64,000 bases of DNA from assembly GCA_950097015.1 (NCBI GenBank), contig CATNEN010000007.1:12400001-12464000 (forward strand), written 5' to 3'. Positions 26,781-37,577 of this stretch are shown in pieces (the stretch's first letter is position 1; each line of letters starts with the position of its first letter). The position numbers were made by a program, and so were the translations under genes. The notes under the pieces are model-generated. The model worked only from the letters and a program-made list of their open reading frames with translations, did no database searches and was not told the DNA's origin. The DNA comes from Macrostomum hystrix. Lineage: Eukaryota; Animalia; Platyhelminthes.

Positions 26781-28747
26781 AGGATTGCTTCACTTCCATT
26801 AGTATTGGCTCAATGGAAGGAAAATAGCTGGGCGAGCGTCTGGGCCAGCGCAGACTACAAATGATGGAGAGATCTGCCACGTACACCAGTAACACACTGA
26901 CCGCTAATCATTTGCTAACAACACTCACACGCACACACAACAATCTCTGCTCGAAGCAAGAACATGCGTTAGCCGCGCAGGCAGGGTCGGCCGCCCAGTG
27001 CATTGTGAGAAACTGGCTGGCCCGCATCCCACGGGTTCGGGTGACTGATGGCAGCGCTGCTTCGGCAGCCGCAGACAGGCAGGGCGGAGCCGCTGCTGGT
27101 CTGAAGCAAAGTGCGAATCCCCACCGCGCGCAGGCGGAGGGGAGGAGCCGTCCGCGGCAGCTGATGGTGTTCCCGGCGCTGATGGCGAGTGATTGGGTCC
27201 CGCACTGGTGCTGGAGGGCGCAGCTGAAAGTGCAAAACGGACAGGCCGCATGGAGTAAATCCATTTTGCTGCGGGGATGAGGCCGCGTAGAGGCTGGGCG
27301 GGGCTCATGCCCGGCTGGCTCCCAACAGCCGGCCGGAGGTCGGGAAGAAATCGAGGATGGCGAGACGCGCTTCTTTGTAGGGAGAGGAATCCAATTTCCC
27401 GGCGAGGCGCTAGTGGGCGAGGCGTCACGGGGCCCTGGGGCTTAATTAATTTCCCAATCATTCCGCTCAACTCGCCGAGTTCTGAGCCGGCAGCTTCAGT
27501 GGTTCCGCTGATCAGCGCTAACGACGGCCGCAGAACTGCTGGCGTCTTCCGCTTCGCTGCTCCCGCGTCAAAGCAGCTCGGTCCGCAGCTTTCAAACGCA
27601 TTTCCACCCTCCAGATGACGTCTCCACCTCGATTTTAAAGTACAATCGGTGTCGCGGGCCACGATTAGCTCAGCGGCCACCCAGACAGCTGCTATGGAAA
27701 AGCCCATTGTCAGTGACTGCAGGCAGGGGAAGGCATTTTCAAACTGGTTGATCCAAGAGACGACATTCTCAGAGAGTCTCACACGCTGTACTCAAGTGTA
27801 TATTTGAGCAGCGCCTCTGTTTGTGGGTCCAGGTGTAGCTGCTGCTGCTGCTGCTGCTCACTGTGTGTCAGACCGGCCCAGCTGCTCAGCAGTCAAGGCT
27901 GAAAAGGCATCGCTGAGCAGTGAATTCAACCAGGCAATAAATCAATCACGCGGCACCTCACAAATGTAAGAAAATGACCAGCGATCAATTCTGGTGCAGC
28001 CTTCCATTAGCGAGCTTCTTTGACTGCGGCCTCCCCCCTGCGTGGCGCATCAGAAAGACTCTGACGGGGTCCGGGATGTTCAGTGTCGCAGCAGCTGCTC
28101 TGAGATCGAACGCCTGTCGCTAAAAATAGCCGCCCCCTCCCCCGATCGCATCGGCGAGCTCAGACTATGCTCACACAGACGGGCTCAGATATGGAGTCAC
28201 TGCTCAAGGTGGACAAGGGACAGGTAGGGCGCCCCGACTGCTCTGCAGCTGGGAAGTGGAGTCCAGGGACTCAAGACGGTGGGCCCCTGCCAGACAAAGC
28301 CTGAGTGGGGTTGAGGCTCTCTTCCCATTCCAGGAAGGACTTTCTCGCGCGGCCGAGTGCGGGAGGCAGCGAGAGTGACAGGAACAGCGGGGAGGCCGCG
28401 CCGCCTCAAGCCTCTCCTGGGGGTGCGGGTGAGGGATTGGAATCCCCAAATGACTTTGGGCTTGCCGCTTCCAACTCACACAGCACACTGTCGCGCGGGC
28501 GCTCTTGACAAGTTGCGACTCAAGCTGAGAGAGGAGAGGAACCGCCCCCCGCCCGGTCTAGGCTGGCCGGTGCACCGCGAAGGATTTGAGACTGCGGGTC
28601 GCAATCACAACTGCTGGGCCCCGCGCTGAGTGACTCCGAGCTCTCTGAATTTCTGATCAGGCGGACCGCAACTGGCGGACCTGCGAAATCTGCTTTTGCT
28701 GGACTTGCTGTGGGACTTTGCTGGACTCGATTCTCACAGAAAATTTT

Positions 28748-28955
28748 CCGTCAGGTTTCAGTCATGTCAGTCAGTTTCAGTCTTGTCAGTCAGGTTTCAG
28801 TCTTGTCCGTCAGGTTTCAGTCATGTCAGTCAGGATTCAGTCATATCAGTCAGGTTTCAGTCATGTCAGTCAGGATTCAGTCATGTCAATCAGGATTCAG
28901 TCATGTCAGTCAGGGTTCAGTCAGGATTCAGTCATGTCAGTCAGGATTCAGTCAT
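28748..28955. repeat. 20-bp minisatellite
   Basis: Unit GTCAGGATTCAGTCATGTCA. Confidence 0.9.
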
Positions 28956-29774
28956 ATAAATCTGACTGAACAGTACAGCACAGAGCAGTTTGTGTTTGAG
29001 TTTTAGTGCTGAAGAGGGCTTGCAGTCTGCCCGATTCCTTGACTTTCTGCTGAGCAGTGCCACCCTCTGCTGGCAAATATCTACGCGCATCTCCGTCAGC
29101 AACCCTGGGGTCCGTCGGGCGTCCCTTGCCTCCCTGAGCCGTCTCCGCTTCCGCACTGAAACGGCTCGCGTCAATCAGGAAGGTCGGCACAGGCCCGCAC
29201 GCCCAGAGGTTAATGAGAATGTGGCATTTCACCTGGCAAGGCAGGAGTGAGTTCACCATGGCCATTGTTGCGGCTTCCGGCACTGGCTGTGTGCCTTGCC
29301 GCTTCGCTCCCTCCTGAGTTTCTCATAAGCAGTTCAGGTTGGCGAAGGCCGATCTGAGTCCCAGGATAAGGGAAGTCGGGCGGCAAAATCTGGCAACGCG
29401 GAGCTTAAGGAAGAAAGAGGTGATGCCTGCTCAAGGCATGCGCAAATCAAACTGTTAATAGCCACCGCTATCATGGCTCTCAAACCCAGGGCGGTGGGGC
29501 ATTGCACCGATCGCATCTGCCAAAAAAATGTGCCATGAAGCTGGCATTAAAATCCACTTTTCATTCAAGCAGTAGACTGAGGATTCTGCTGTTCCCTCAT
29601 ACCCAGATCCCAGTGTGGATTCAGCAGAACATAAAATGCTCCGTGGACATTCCAGCAAGCTGCTGTCAGTAGACTATTGAGGATTGCTTATCAGACTTTG
29701 TGGGCACTTTTCGAACAAGAATTCGTCTAAGCAAGGTGTCAATAATAATTATATAGAAAAGATGAAATTTGATA

Positions 29775-30103
29775 TAGTAATATATTTGCAGTAGGGCTGC
29801 GGGCACTGGCGCATTATTTAGTGACACTAGACCCGAAGCCAGCGAGGGCAGCCCATTCAGCTGATTCCTGAGCACACACAGATACCGTACGCAGGCTCAC
29901 ACTCACACAGGTGTGCGCATCTGCCTGAATTTCTCTTCATCAGGCAGTGTACACTCTCAGTTTGCCTCGTGGTTGGCCCTCAAGAGCGTAAATTGCACAA
30001 CAAGCCCGAGCCTTCTCTCTGCGGATGCGCCCCAAATGAATGTGGTTTCCACGCGGATTCGAGCTCACGGACAGTCGAGCAAGAGTCAGCCGCTCCCGCC
30101 GTG
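29775..30103 (-). mobile_element. tRNA-derived SINE, copy 1 (diverged, A-box region partly deleted)
   Basis: Reverse complement aligns end to end with 36232-36601 (CACGGCGGG start, GAGCTCGAATCC B-box-like motif, shared body, AT-rich tail). Confidence 0.8.
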
Positions 30104-31079
30104 ATCAACCCGACCTTGACTGAGATGGCTGGACAGCCAGATCACGTGCCTCGCCAGCCGATCGGTGATTGGTTTGGAGGGCAGTGGGGTGGGTGCGGGA
30201 AAGGAAATTATTTATTGTGGGTGCGCGATTACACAACCTGAGTTATCATCAAGATAGAAAAGAAGGGAGGGAGGTGGGTGGATGTGCGATCTAAAAAGAA
30301 GGGATAATTTATGAATAAATGAGACAAAAAAGATGATTTACGATCGGATAATATTTTGACAGGTCAAGAGGTCACACAGGGTGTCATCGGGGAAAGGAAG
30401 GGAAGGGACGAGGGAAGGGCATGGGACTATTCTAAAAATATTATTAAACCCTCAAGTCGCTGCTACCTCATACATTAAAAAGCAGAAACCAAATTTCAAT
30501 GTTCAGCTAATTCACAATGGTGCGGGCTATTTCCTCAAGGGATTCTAATTGAAGGCATAAACCATATCAGTGTACTCGCATCTCCTAGTAATCTCCATGC
30601 TTTGCTCATTCACTTAGGATATTCTGCCCCTGATCTGCCCTTTGGCTGTACAGTTAGCGCTTGTTCTCTTTTTTAAGTACTCGTATTTATGCGTGTGTGA
30701 CGGACCGAAACGCGTTTGAATCTACTAAACAATCTACAATGTTATGTTTATTTTTTCATGAATCTAAATGACCTAATTTAGCTTGTTGAAACGCTTTTCA
30801 CCCATCCGAAAAAATATTATGATAAACTTGACAAGAAACTTTGAAAGTAAACATGACATATTTGAATAATTACTGCAAAGTATTGTTACAAGCTTGGCAA
30901 GTTTGGGATGTTGATTTTGAATTTAAAGTTACTTTCAAGTACAGATACCAAATATAGCAGGTTTTCTTGCCGCCTGCTACCTTCTGCCGACACTAACCGA
31001 AAGACTTGAACTCGTACTGACCACAGAGGCCAACACGAGCCTCGGACGTGACATCGCTGGGCACGTCGAAACGGGTGAT

Positions 31080-32165
31080 TCAACCGGCGATGAAGGCGGA
31101 CGCGCAGGAGGCAGCGTAAGTGTCGGCCTCCGGCCAGCGAGAGAACCTGTCGACGACGGTTAGCAGGTGCGTGAAACCGTGGGACTGCAACAGCGGTCCG
31201 ACAAGGTCAATGTGGACGTGCGCGAAACGACTACTGGGCACCGGGATGCTGGCGGGCGGGGCGATCACGTGGCGCTGCACCTTGGCCGTCTGGAGGGCGA
31301 TGCAGCTGCGAGTCCATTGGCCGACGTCTCTGTTGATGCCCGGCCACACGAAATTCTGGGACACTAGGCGCCGTGTACTGCGTACGGACGGTTGCGCCAG
31401 GCTGTGGACGGCATTAAAAACGCCGCGGTGGAAGTCGGCGGGCACCAGCTGGCGTGGGCGGCCGGTCACGGTGTCGCAGATGACCCCCAGGCCGGGACGC
31501 AGCGCCACGCGTTCGAACCGCAGGCCGGTGCCGGCAAGCGCGGGATCGTCGACCCTCTGGGCGCGTGCCATGGCCGCGTAGTCGATGCCGGGAGCAGCGG
31601 GGGATCGGCCACCAGATTGTCCTTGCCCGCCACGTGCCGGATGTCGGTGGTGAACTGCAACACGTATGCGAGATGCTGCTGCTTGCGCGCTGACCAGGGG
31701 TCCGATAACTTGGCCATGGCCGCGACCAGGGGTTTGTGGTCGGTGTAGGCGGTGAAGATGCGGCCTTCCAAAAAGTAGCGGAAATCCCGCATGGCCAGAT
31801 AAGTGCGAGTAACTCACGGTCGAAGGCGCTGTACTTTCGTTCAGCAGGTCGCAGTTGGCGGCTAAAGAAAGCCGCCGGGCCTCGCCGGCACGCTGCTCCA
31901 GGACCGCCTTGATGGCGGGCGGGCGGTGCAAATCGGACGATGGCTTCGACTTTGTCTGGTAGCGGCACGGCGCCCCGGCTGTTGATGCAGTGGCCCAGAA
32001 AGTCGATTTCGCTGCGGCCAAACTGGCACTTGGCGGGATTGACGAGGAGGCCGTTGTCTGCCAGGAGCTGAAACAGCGTGCGCAGGTGCTCCAGATGCCG
32101 CTGCTCGCCACTAGGAAATCGTCAATATAGGCGAACACGAAGTGCAGGCCCTGGCAGACCGTGTC
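31080..32165 (-). pseudogene. Degenerate Ty3/Gypsy pol fragment (RT-RNase H-integrase), frameshifted and internally deleted
   Basis: FAYIDDFLVAS, ERKYSAFDRELLA, YTDHKPL, HVHIDLVGPL and VVDRFSRWPEA are spread over different frames; no LTRs seen. Confidence 0.9.
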
Positions 32166-32186
32166 AATCAGCCTTTTGTGGCGAGC

Positions 32187-32930
32187 ACATATTTTTACAT
32201 GTGTTTACAGATGAGTTCATATGTTTACATGAGTTCATTTGTTTACATGTGTTTACAGATGAGTTCATATTTTTACACGTGTTTACAGATGAGTTCATAT
32301 GTTTACATGTGTTTACAGATGAGTTCATATTTTTACACGTGTTTACAGATGAGTTCATATGTTTACATGTGTTTACAGATGAGTTCATATGTTTACATGT
32401 GTTTACAGATGAGTTCATATGTTTACATGTGTTTACAGATGAGTTACTATGTTTACATGTGTTTACAGATGAGTTACTATGTTTACATGTGCTTACAGAT
32501 GAGTTACTATGTTTACATGTGTTTACAGATGAGTTCATATGTTTACATGTGTTTACAGATGAGTTACTATGTTTACATGTGTTTACAGATGAGTTACTAT
32601 GTTTACATGTGTTTACAGATGAGTTCATATGTTTACATGTGTTTACAGATGAGTTACTATGTTTACATGTGTTTACAGATGAGTTCATATGTTTACATGT
32701 GTTTACAGATGAGTTACTATGTTTACATGTGTTTACAGATGAGTTCATATGTTTACATGTGTTTACAGATGAGTTACTATGTTTACATGTGTTTACAGAT
32801 GAGTTCATATGTTTACATGTGTTTACAGATGAGTTACTATGTTTACATGTGTTTACAGATGAGTTCATATGTTTACATGTGTTTACAGATGAGTTACTAT
32901 GTTTACATGTGCTTACAGATGAGTTTATGT
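32187..32930. repeat. 30-bp minisatellite abutting the Gypsy fragment
   Basis: Unit GTTTACAGATGAGTTCATATGTTTACATGT. Confidence 0.95.
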
Positions 32931-33207
32931 TTGCAAAAGTGAAATAAACTTTAGTGTATACTATTGATGCTTTTTTTCTTGCTTTAGAGTTTCTTTATTT
33001 TCTGCTTGCTAAGCACTTTCATAATAACAAAGGAAAATGATTAAAGCTTCCGACTCTTACTCAAGAGGCCGCCTAAAATTGAAATCTCACCCCAGAGTAG
33101 CTCTGCTCTTCAGCAAGACTACTCAAGACTCAACAATTTTCCTCTAATTGCTGTAATTATGTATCTCCCAGCTATATTATGGGTTAAACAATTCTGTAAA
33201 ATGAGTA

Positions 33208-33397
33208 CCAGCCTGCTACCCACCACACATTCACCCACAGCAGCCTGCTACCCACCACACATTCACCCACAGCAGCCTGCTACCCAACACACATTCACCC
33301 ACAGCAGCCTGCTACCCAACACACATTCACCCACAGCAGCCTGCTACCCAACACACATTCACCCACAGCAGCCTGCTACCCAACACACATTCACCCA
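33208..33397. repeat. 32-bp minisatellite
   Basis: Unit CAGCAGCCTGCTACCCAACACACATTCACCCA. Confidence 0.9.
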
Positions 33398-33448
33398 CTC
33401 CATTCCATGGTTCTTTAGCAGTCAAGGTAAATTGCTTTTATCTTGCAG

Positions 33449-34342
33449 CAGCAGCCAGAGGTACAGCCAAGCCAGGTGGTGACTTCCACACCACAGGTGG
33501 TGGCAGTGACGTCGACGCCAACGCCGGCTCCTGGGAGCTACGCGAGCCGCGTTCCGGCCTGGGTGCTGCGTGGCCACCGCATCATGGGCATCATGCAGCT
33601 GCTGCTCGGAGTGCTGGTCATCTTAGTCAACATAATCGGCCTCGTCGTCATCAGCATATCCAGCATGCTCTTTGGCGGCTTCTGGTGCGGTCCGTTCTTT
33701 ATTGCTGCTGGCATCGCCGGCATCATGGCGGGCCGCCCGCTCGGCAGCTGCACCCTGGGCTGCGTGGTCACCTGTCTGGTGTTCTCCATCTTCTCCTCCA
33801 CAATCGCCTTCTCGGCCATGATCACTGGGGCTATATTCGCTTCCAGGGACGCTGCCGCCATCGTCTGCGTGCTGCTCCTAGCCTTCGAGTCCGTGTTGGC
33901 CATCGTGCACTCCGCCTACGCCTGCCGCGCCTCCTGCTGCTGCGTGGCATCGGCTGCTACCAGCTACCAGCACCAGCAACAGCAGGTGTTCCTGGCCGGC
34001 CAGCCCGGGCCCTACACTGGCCAGCTGGTGGCCTATCCCGGCCAGCAAGTCATCTTCTTCACAGGTGGTGGCGGACACCCGCCGCCACCCGGATATCCTG
34101 TGTCCCAAGCTGGTTATCCGGCTGCTCAGGCTGATTATCCGGGTGCTCAGGCTGGTTATCCGGGTGCTCAGGCTGGATACCCGGGTCCTCAGGCCGGATA
34201 CCCGGGTCCTCAGGCCGGATTCCCGGGTCCTCAGGCCGGATACCCGGGTCCTCAGGCCGGATACCCGGGTCCTCAGGTCGGATACCCGGGTCCTCAGGCC
34301 GGAAAAAGTTCAGGAGATCCATCGGATTTGCCAACGGACTGA
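33449..34342 (+). CDS. MS4A/CD20-like four-transmembrane protein with a GYPGPQA-repeat tail (start codon not in this exon)
   Basis: Four hydrophobic segments with CD20-family pattern (GIMQLLLGV; GFWCGPFFIAAG; SAYACRASCC); acceptor tcttgcag at 33447-33448; in-frame 21-bp coding repeat. Confidence 0.8.
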   Translation, partial: QQPEVQPSQVVTSTPQVVAVTSTPTPAPGSYASRVPAWVLRGHRIMGIMQLLLGVLVILVNIIGLVVISISSMLFGGFWCGPFFIAAGIAGIMAGRPLGSCTLGCVVTCLVFSIFSSTIAFSAMITGAIFASRDAAAIVCVLLLAFESVLAIVHSAYACRASCCCVASAATSYQHQQQQVFLAGQPGPYTGQLVAYPGQQVIFFTGGGGHPPPPGYPVSQAGYPAAQADYPGAQAGYPGAQAGYPGPQAGYPGPQAGFPGPQAGYPGPQAGYPGPQVGYPGPQAGKSSGDPSDLPTD

Positions 34343-34590
34343 ATGCGCGACACTCACTATGAGTGGAAACTGTCGGCTGACTGATATTTTACAACTGTTT
34401 CAGCTTCTTGTCACAGATAATTACGTAGTTTAGGAGAAACCAGTTGGTTTAGAGTTTGGCTGAGTCTTGTGACAAGAAGCTTTCTGAACATACCTGCACT
34501 GTTCCTTCTGCTATTAGAGCCAAATTTTTCAGATCTCTTCTATAAGAATCTCTAACATATGCAGCTTGTTTTATGCTTACAGAATTTTGT

Positions 34591-35105
34591 TTACAGTTTT
34601 ACCTGTTCTAACTCTATCTGTAAGTACTTGCCGGACTGGCAGTTCTAACATATTTTACAGTTGAACTACCAAGGGGGGGATTCCCCCAGTTTTTTACAGT
34701 TTTACCTGTTCTAACTCTATCTGTAAGTACTTGCCGGACTGGCAGTTCTAACATATTTTACAGTTGAACTACCAAGGGGGGAATTCCCCCAGTTTTTTTA
34801 CAGTTTTACCTGTTCTAACTCTATCTGTAAGTACTTGCCGGACTGGCAGTTCTAACATATTTTACAGTTGAACTACCAAGGGGGGGAATTCCCCCAGTTT
34901 TTTACAGTTTTACCTGTTCTAACTCTATCTGTAAGTACTTGCCGGACTGGCAGTTCTAACATATTTTACAGTTGAACTACCAAGGGGGGGAATTCCCCCA
35001 GTTTTTACAGTTTTACCTGTTTTAACTCTATCTGTAAGTACTTGCCGGACTGGCAGTTCTAACATATTTTAACAGTAGAACTACCTAGGGGGAATTCCCT
35101 TAATT
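34591..35105. repeat. 103-104-bp tandem repeat, 5 copies, each with a GGGGGAATTCCCCC-type palindrome
   Basis: Units start near 34591, 34694, 34798, 34902 and 35005. Confidence 0.95.
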
Positions 35106-36029
35106 TTTCCACCTGTTTTTTGTGCTGCACCTGAACTGAGCAAAGCAAGCACATGAAACTCTAGAACTTGGGCCAAATTTTTGTTGCGCATCTTCTGAAA
35201 TAAGAATCAAGTCGCAGCTATTCAGACCGTCGAGATATTCAATAGCTCTGTCCGAAGGTCGGATTTTTCCCATATGCACTAGTGTATTTCATACACCACT
35301 ATACATGAATTAGCACTGCGCCTCAGTGCGGCCTCGCCAAGCCTTTAAAATTGATCAGCATGTCACCCGAATGTGACTTCATCATCTCCGTGTTCGGTGG
35401 TCACCTATCTAGACGGACTGCTGGATGTTCAAGGGCTACAACAGGTGGAACTTGGCCACTACGGACACCCAGACGCGAATTTCACAACTTTCACTGACCA
35501 AGCCTAAATAGCAGCTCAACCACAGGACACCCTCGCCTAGTCTCCCCTTTGTATAAAAACGGGCGGCAAGATGGCTTGGTAGTTCTACTGTTGACATGAA
35601 TCACCTTCTCTATAAATAGGATATTTAATTCTGCAGACTGCTAAAGTGTTTACCAATGTACTCGGTGTGCAGTCTGCAGACTGATTTTGTTTCCTATCGA
35701 CTGCACCCTCATCCCAGCTTTAAGCAAGTATTTATTTGTTTTGCGAGCTATCTCAGACGCCCCTGTGTGGCAGATATCGCGCACCGCATCCTACTCTATA
35801 ATATTTTCAGTCAACCCACCTGCCTAATCTCCATTTCTTATTCCGGTCTTTGCTCTGCTTGTTACTCCAGACAGGCTGTGACTTTACCTGTGCAAACATT
35901 TACTGTTCAGCCGCTATTTTCATAGAACAACAGCCCTACAAATTCACTAAAACATTGCTGGAATGCTCCAGCTGAGATACTCGCATTTTCTCATTTACTT
36001 AATTGAAATCAAGAACAGAATTAAAGGCT

Positions 36030-36190
36030 TACAATGTCTGCAGGAAATAATGGTCTGATTGCATGCTCACAATGTCTGCAGGAACTCAGGGTGCAATTGA
36101 ATGCTCACAATGTCTGCAGGAACTCATGGTTTAATTGCATGCTCACGATGTCTTTAGGAACTCAGTGTGAATTCGCGTGCTCAGAATATC
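36030..36190. repeat. Diverged tandem repeat, unit about 38 bp, about 4 copies
   Basis: Recurrent TGCTCACAATGTCTGCAGGAACTCA. Confidence 0.75.
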
Positions 36191-36231
36191 TCAATTAACC
36201 CAGTACGAGGTACAAGTGCACTGACCCCTTG

Positions 36232-36601
36232 CACGGCGGGTCGGTGGCAGAGCGGTTAACGCGTTTGCCTCTCGCGCCAACGTCCCTGAGCTCGATTCCA
36301 CGGCGAGGCCACATTAATTTGGGGCGCAGCCGCGGAGAGAAGGCTTGAGGGCTTGCCGTGCAATTTACTCCATTGAGGGCCAACCTCCTAGGCACAGTGA
36401 AGTGTACACTGCCTGACGATGAGAAAGTCAGGGCAGAGGTACACACCTGTGGGAGCGTGTGCCTGCGTACGGTATCTGTGTGCGTGTGTGCTCAGGAGTC
36501 AGCGAAATGGGCAGAATTGCCTCCTAGCTGGCTGTGGGTCTAGTGTCACCAAATGATGTACCATTGCCCGCAGCCCTCCTGCAATTATTATTATTATTAT
36601 T
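36232..36601 (+). mobile_element. tRNA-derived SINE, copy 2 (full length, (TTA)n tail, TSD)
   Basis: A-box TGGCAGAGCGG (36245-36255), B-box-like GAGCTCGATTCC (36288-36299), (ATT)n tail, flanking direct repeat ACCCCTTG(CA) at 36224 and 36602. Confidence 0.85.
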
Positions 36602-36612
36602 ACCCCTTGCAG

Positions 36613-37100
36613 CAGCTACAAAGACGGCCGCCGCCGCAGATCCTGGCGGCATCTCTCGGGATCTCTTGGCAGTGGCACGGTGCTGGTTGTCTCAAGTGAA
36701 AGGAGTTTTATCATGTGGAAATTCCTGCTTGTTGGTGGTGGTGTCTTGTCCGGCCCGTTTATCGCCGCCGGCATTTCCGGCCTGCTGGCGGGCCGGCCCG
36801 GATGCTGCTGCACCCTCACCTGCCTGGTGCTGTCAGTCCTTGCCTCGATCTTCGCCTTCTCAGCCATGATCAGCGAGGCCACTGCTGCGGCTTTTAACAC
36901 CTACGTTTTCCAGGAGTTTTCCAAAATGAACCCGCAGTCGCCACCAGCGCAGAAGGACACCTTCATCGCTGTCTTCGGATTTGGCGTCGCCTGCTCGCTC
37001 CTCTGTGCCATCGAGTTCGTGCTGGCCATCGTATACTCCGCCTTCGCCTGCCGCACCTCCTGCTGCTGCGTGCCCGACGCAACTGCTGGGTTTAATGAGC
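36613..37100 (+). pseudogene. Second MS4A/CD20-like paralogue, N-terminally aberrant (possible pseudogene or internal exon)
   Basis: GPFIAAGISGLLAGRP, TCLVLSVLASIFAFSAMI and EFVLAIVYSAFACRTSCCC are clearly paralogous to 33449-34342, but TM1 and the Pro/Gly tail are missing. Confidence 0.6.
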
Positions 37101-37577
37101 TATGGTGGCCTTTTCATATAGAATATAAAATCAATACTAGAAAATACACAGTGGACACAATAAAGCTTATTGTTATTATTACATTTTTAAAAGCACCTTT
37201 CACGTTAATTAGCTGTCGAAGCTCTGAAGTAGCTTTAGGATGATAAAGCAGCAAAACTTTGCTTTCCCTGTCTTTTATTTCTCTTTTCAATGTCTTCTTC
37301 CATGGAGAAACGTTTGAATGGTAATGGCTCATACTCTCTATGCTCGTGAGTTCCTATGCCTCTTACAAAGACAACAAATTAGTGAGCGTGAAACTCTGCC
37401 GTACTTCTTTTGTGGAGGTGGCCGGCAACCGGCAACGCATCAAGCTGCAAAATAGCTTGCCAGTAGACAGGCATAGGGTGTGTCAGATGGAACTGTGAGA
37501 GATGTAGCTGCACATTGGGTGCTAGTTAGGCCTGTTCTATAAAGCTTGCGTACCCTAAGATGACGGAGACTGCCGAA

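Noticed and set aside
34670-35000. Clustered NF-kB sites (GGGGAATTCCCC)
   Set aside because: Multiplicity is explained by tandem duplication, homopolymer lengths vary between copies, and there is no functional evidence
36234-36310. Functional tRNA gene
   Set aside because: No clean cloverleaf; it is the head of a dispersed SINE with a tail and TSD
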